Shown here: one piece after another, positions 63,701 to 64,000 of the stretch
How positions within the stretch are numbered: position 1 is the stretch's first letter
Layout: the number at the start of each line of letters is the position of its first letter
Source of the DNA: Octopus sinensis
Lineage: Eukaryota
Assembly (NCBI RefSeq): GCF_006345805.1
Contig: NC_043002.1
Coordinates: 89,280,001 to 89,344,000, forward strand
Direction: 5' to 3'
Length of the DNA: 64,000 nt
Program-made: the position numbers and the translations under genes
The notes under the pieces: model-generated
What the model was told of the DNA's origin: nothing
Databases searched by the model: none
Seen by the model: only the letters and a program-made list of their open reading frames with translations

Positions 63701-64000
63701 TAATGAGGAAATTTCAATTTATTAAGCAATGATTCAGTGAAAACGAATATAATTTACAAAAAAGTAAACCGTAAGAAAATGCAGGGAAAAAAATGAATCA
63801 GTAATTTTTTTAAGCACTCAAATCAGTTCCGATTCAATAGGCCCATGATCAGATGTATTCCAGCTGTGACATTTCTCTCTTTTTTTGCGGTGAATCTAAA
63901 CCCAGCTTTATCTCTCAAGTCCTTCCCTTTCAAGACAGTAGTATGTCCAGTTAAAGCGATTTGGCTGCTATTTCTAGCTGGTCGAGCGACAGGACTTATA

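Overview
AT-rich eukaryotic (metazoan) genomic DNA with GT-AG introns and dense repeats. The repeat set (tRNA-derived CORE-like and Nin-like SINEs, RTE LINE 3' ends with (ATG)n tails, non-autonomous Helitrons) suggests a coleoid cephalopod such as Octopus; this is inference. Two convergent spliced genes were assembled by hand with consistent splice phases. PRPF19 (+ strand, 14 coding exons, 198..18051) lacks its U-box N-terminus, which lies upstream of the window. A GDPD1/GDPD3-type lysophospholipase D (- strand, 9 coding exons, 29752..48011) lacks its first, HRG-containing exon, which I could not find. Most ORF-track entries are spurious or repeat-derived. I found no convincing new multi-gene system. 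The most notable observations are: a 145-bp copy of PRPF19 intronic sequence inserted into another PRPF19 intron with an 18-bp target duplication; a near-perfect ~300-bp intronic palindrome; several inverted-repeat pairs that could form dsRNA (ADAR or circRNA substrates); a Merlin-type MITE carrying TTAGGG repeats; a 197-bp local duplication; and tandem Helitrons. Repeat boundaries are approximate unless a TSD or TIR is quoted.
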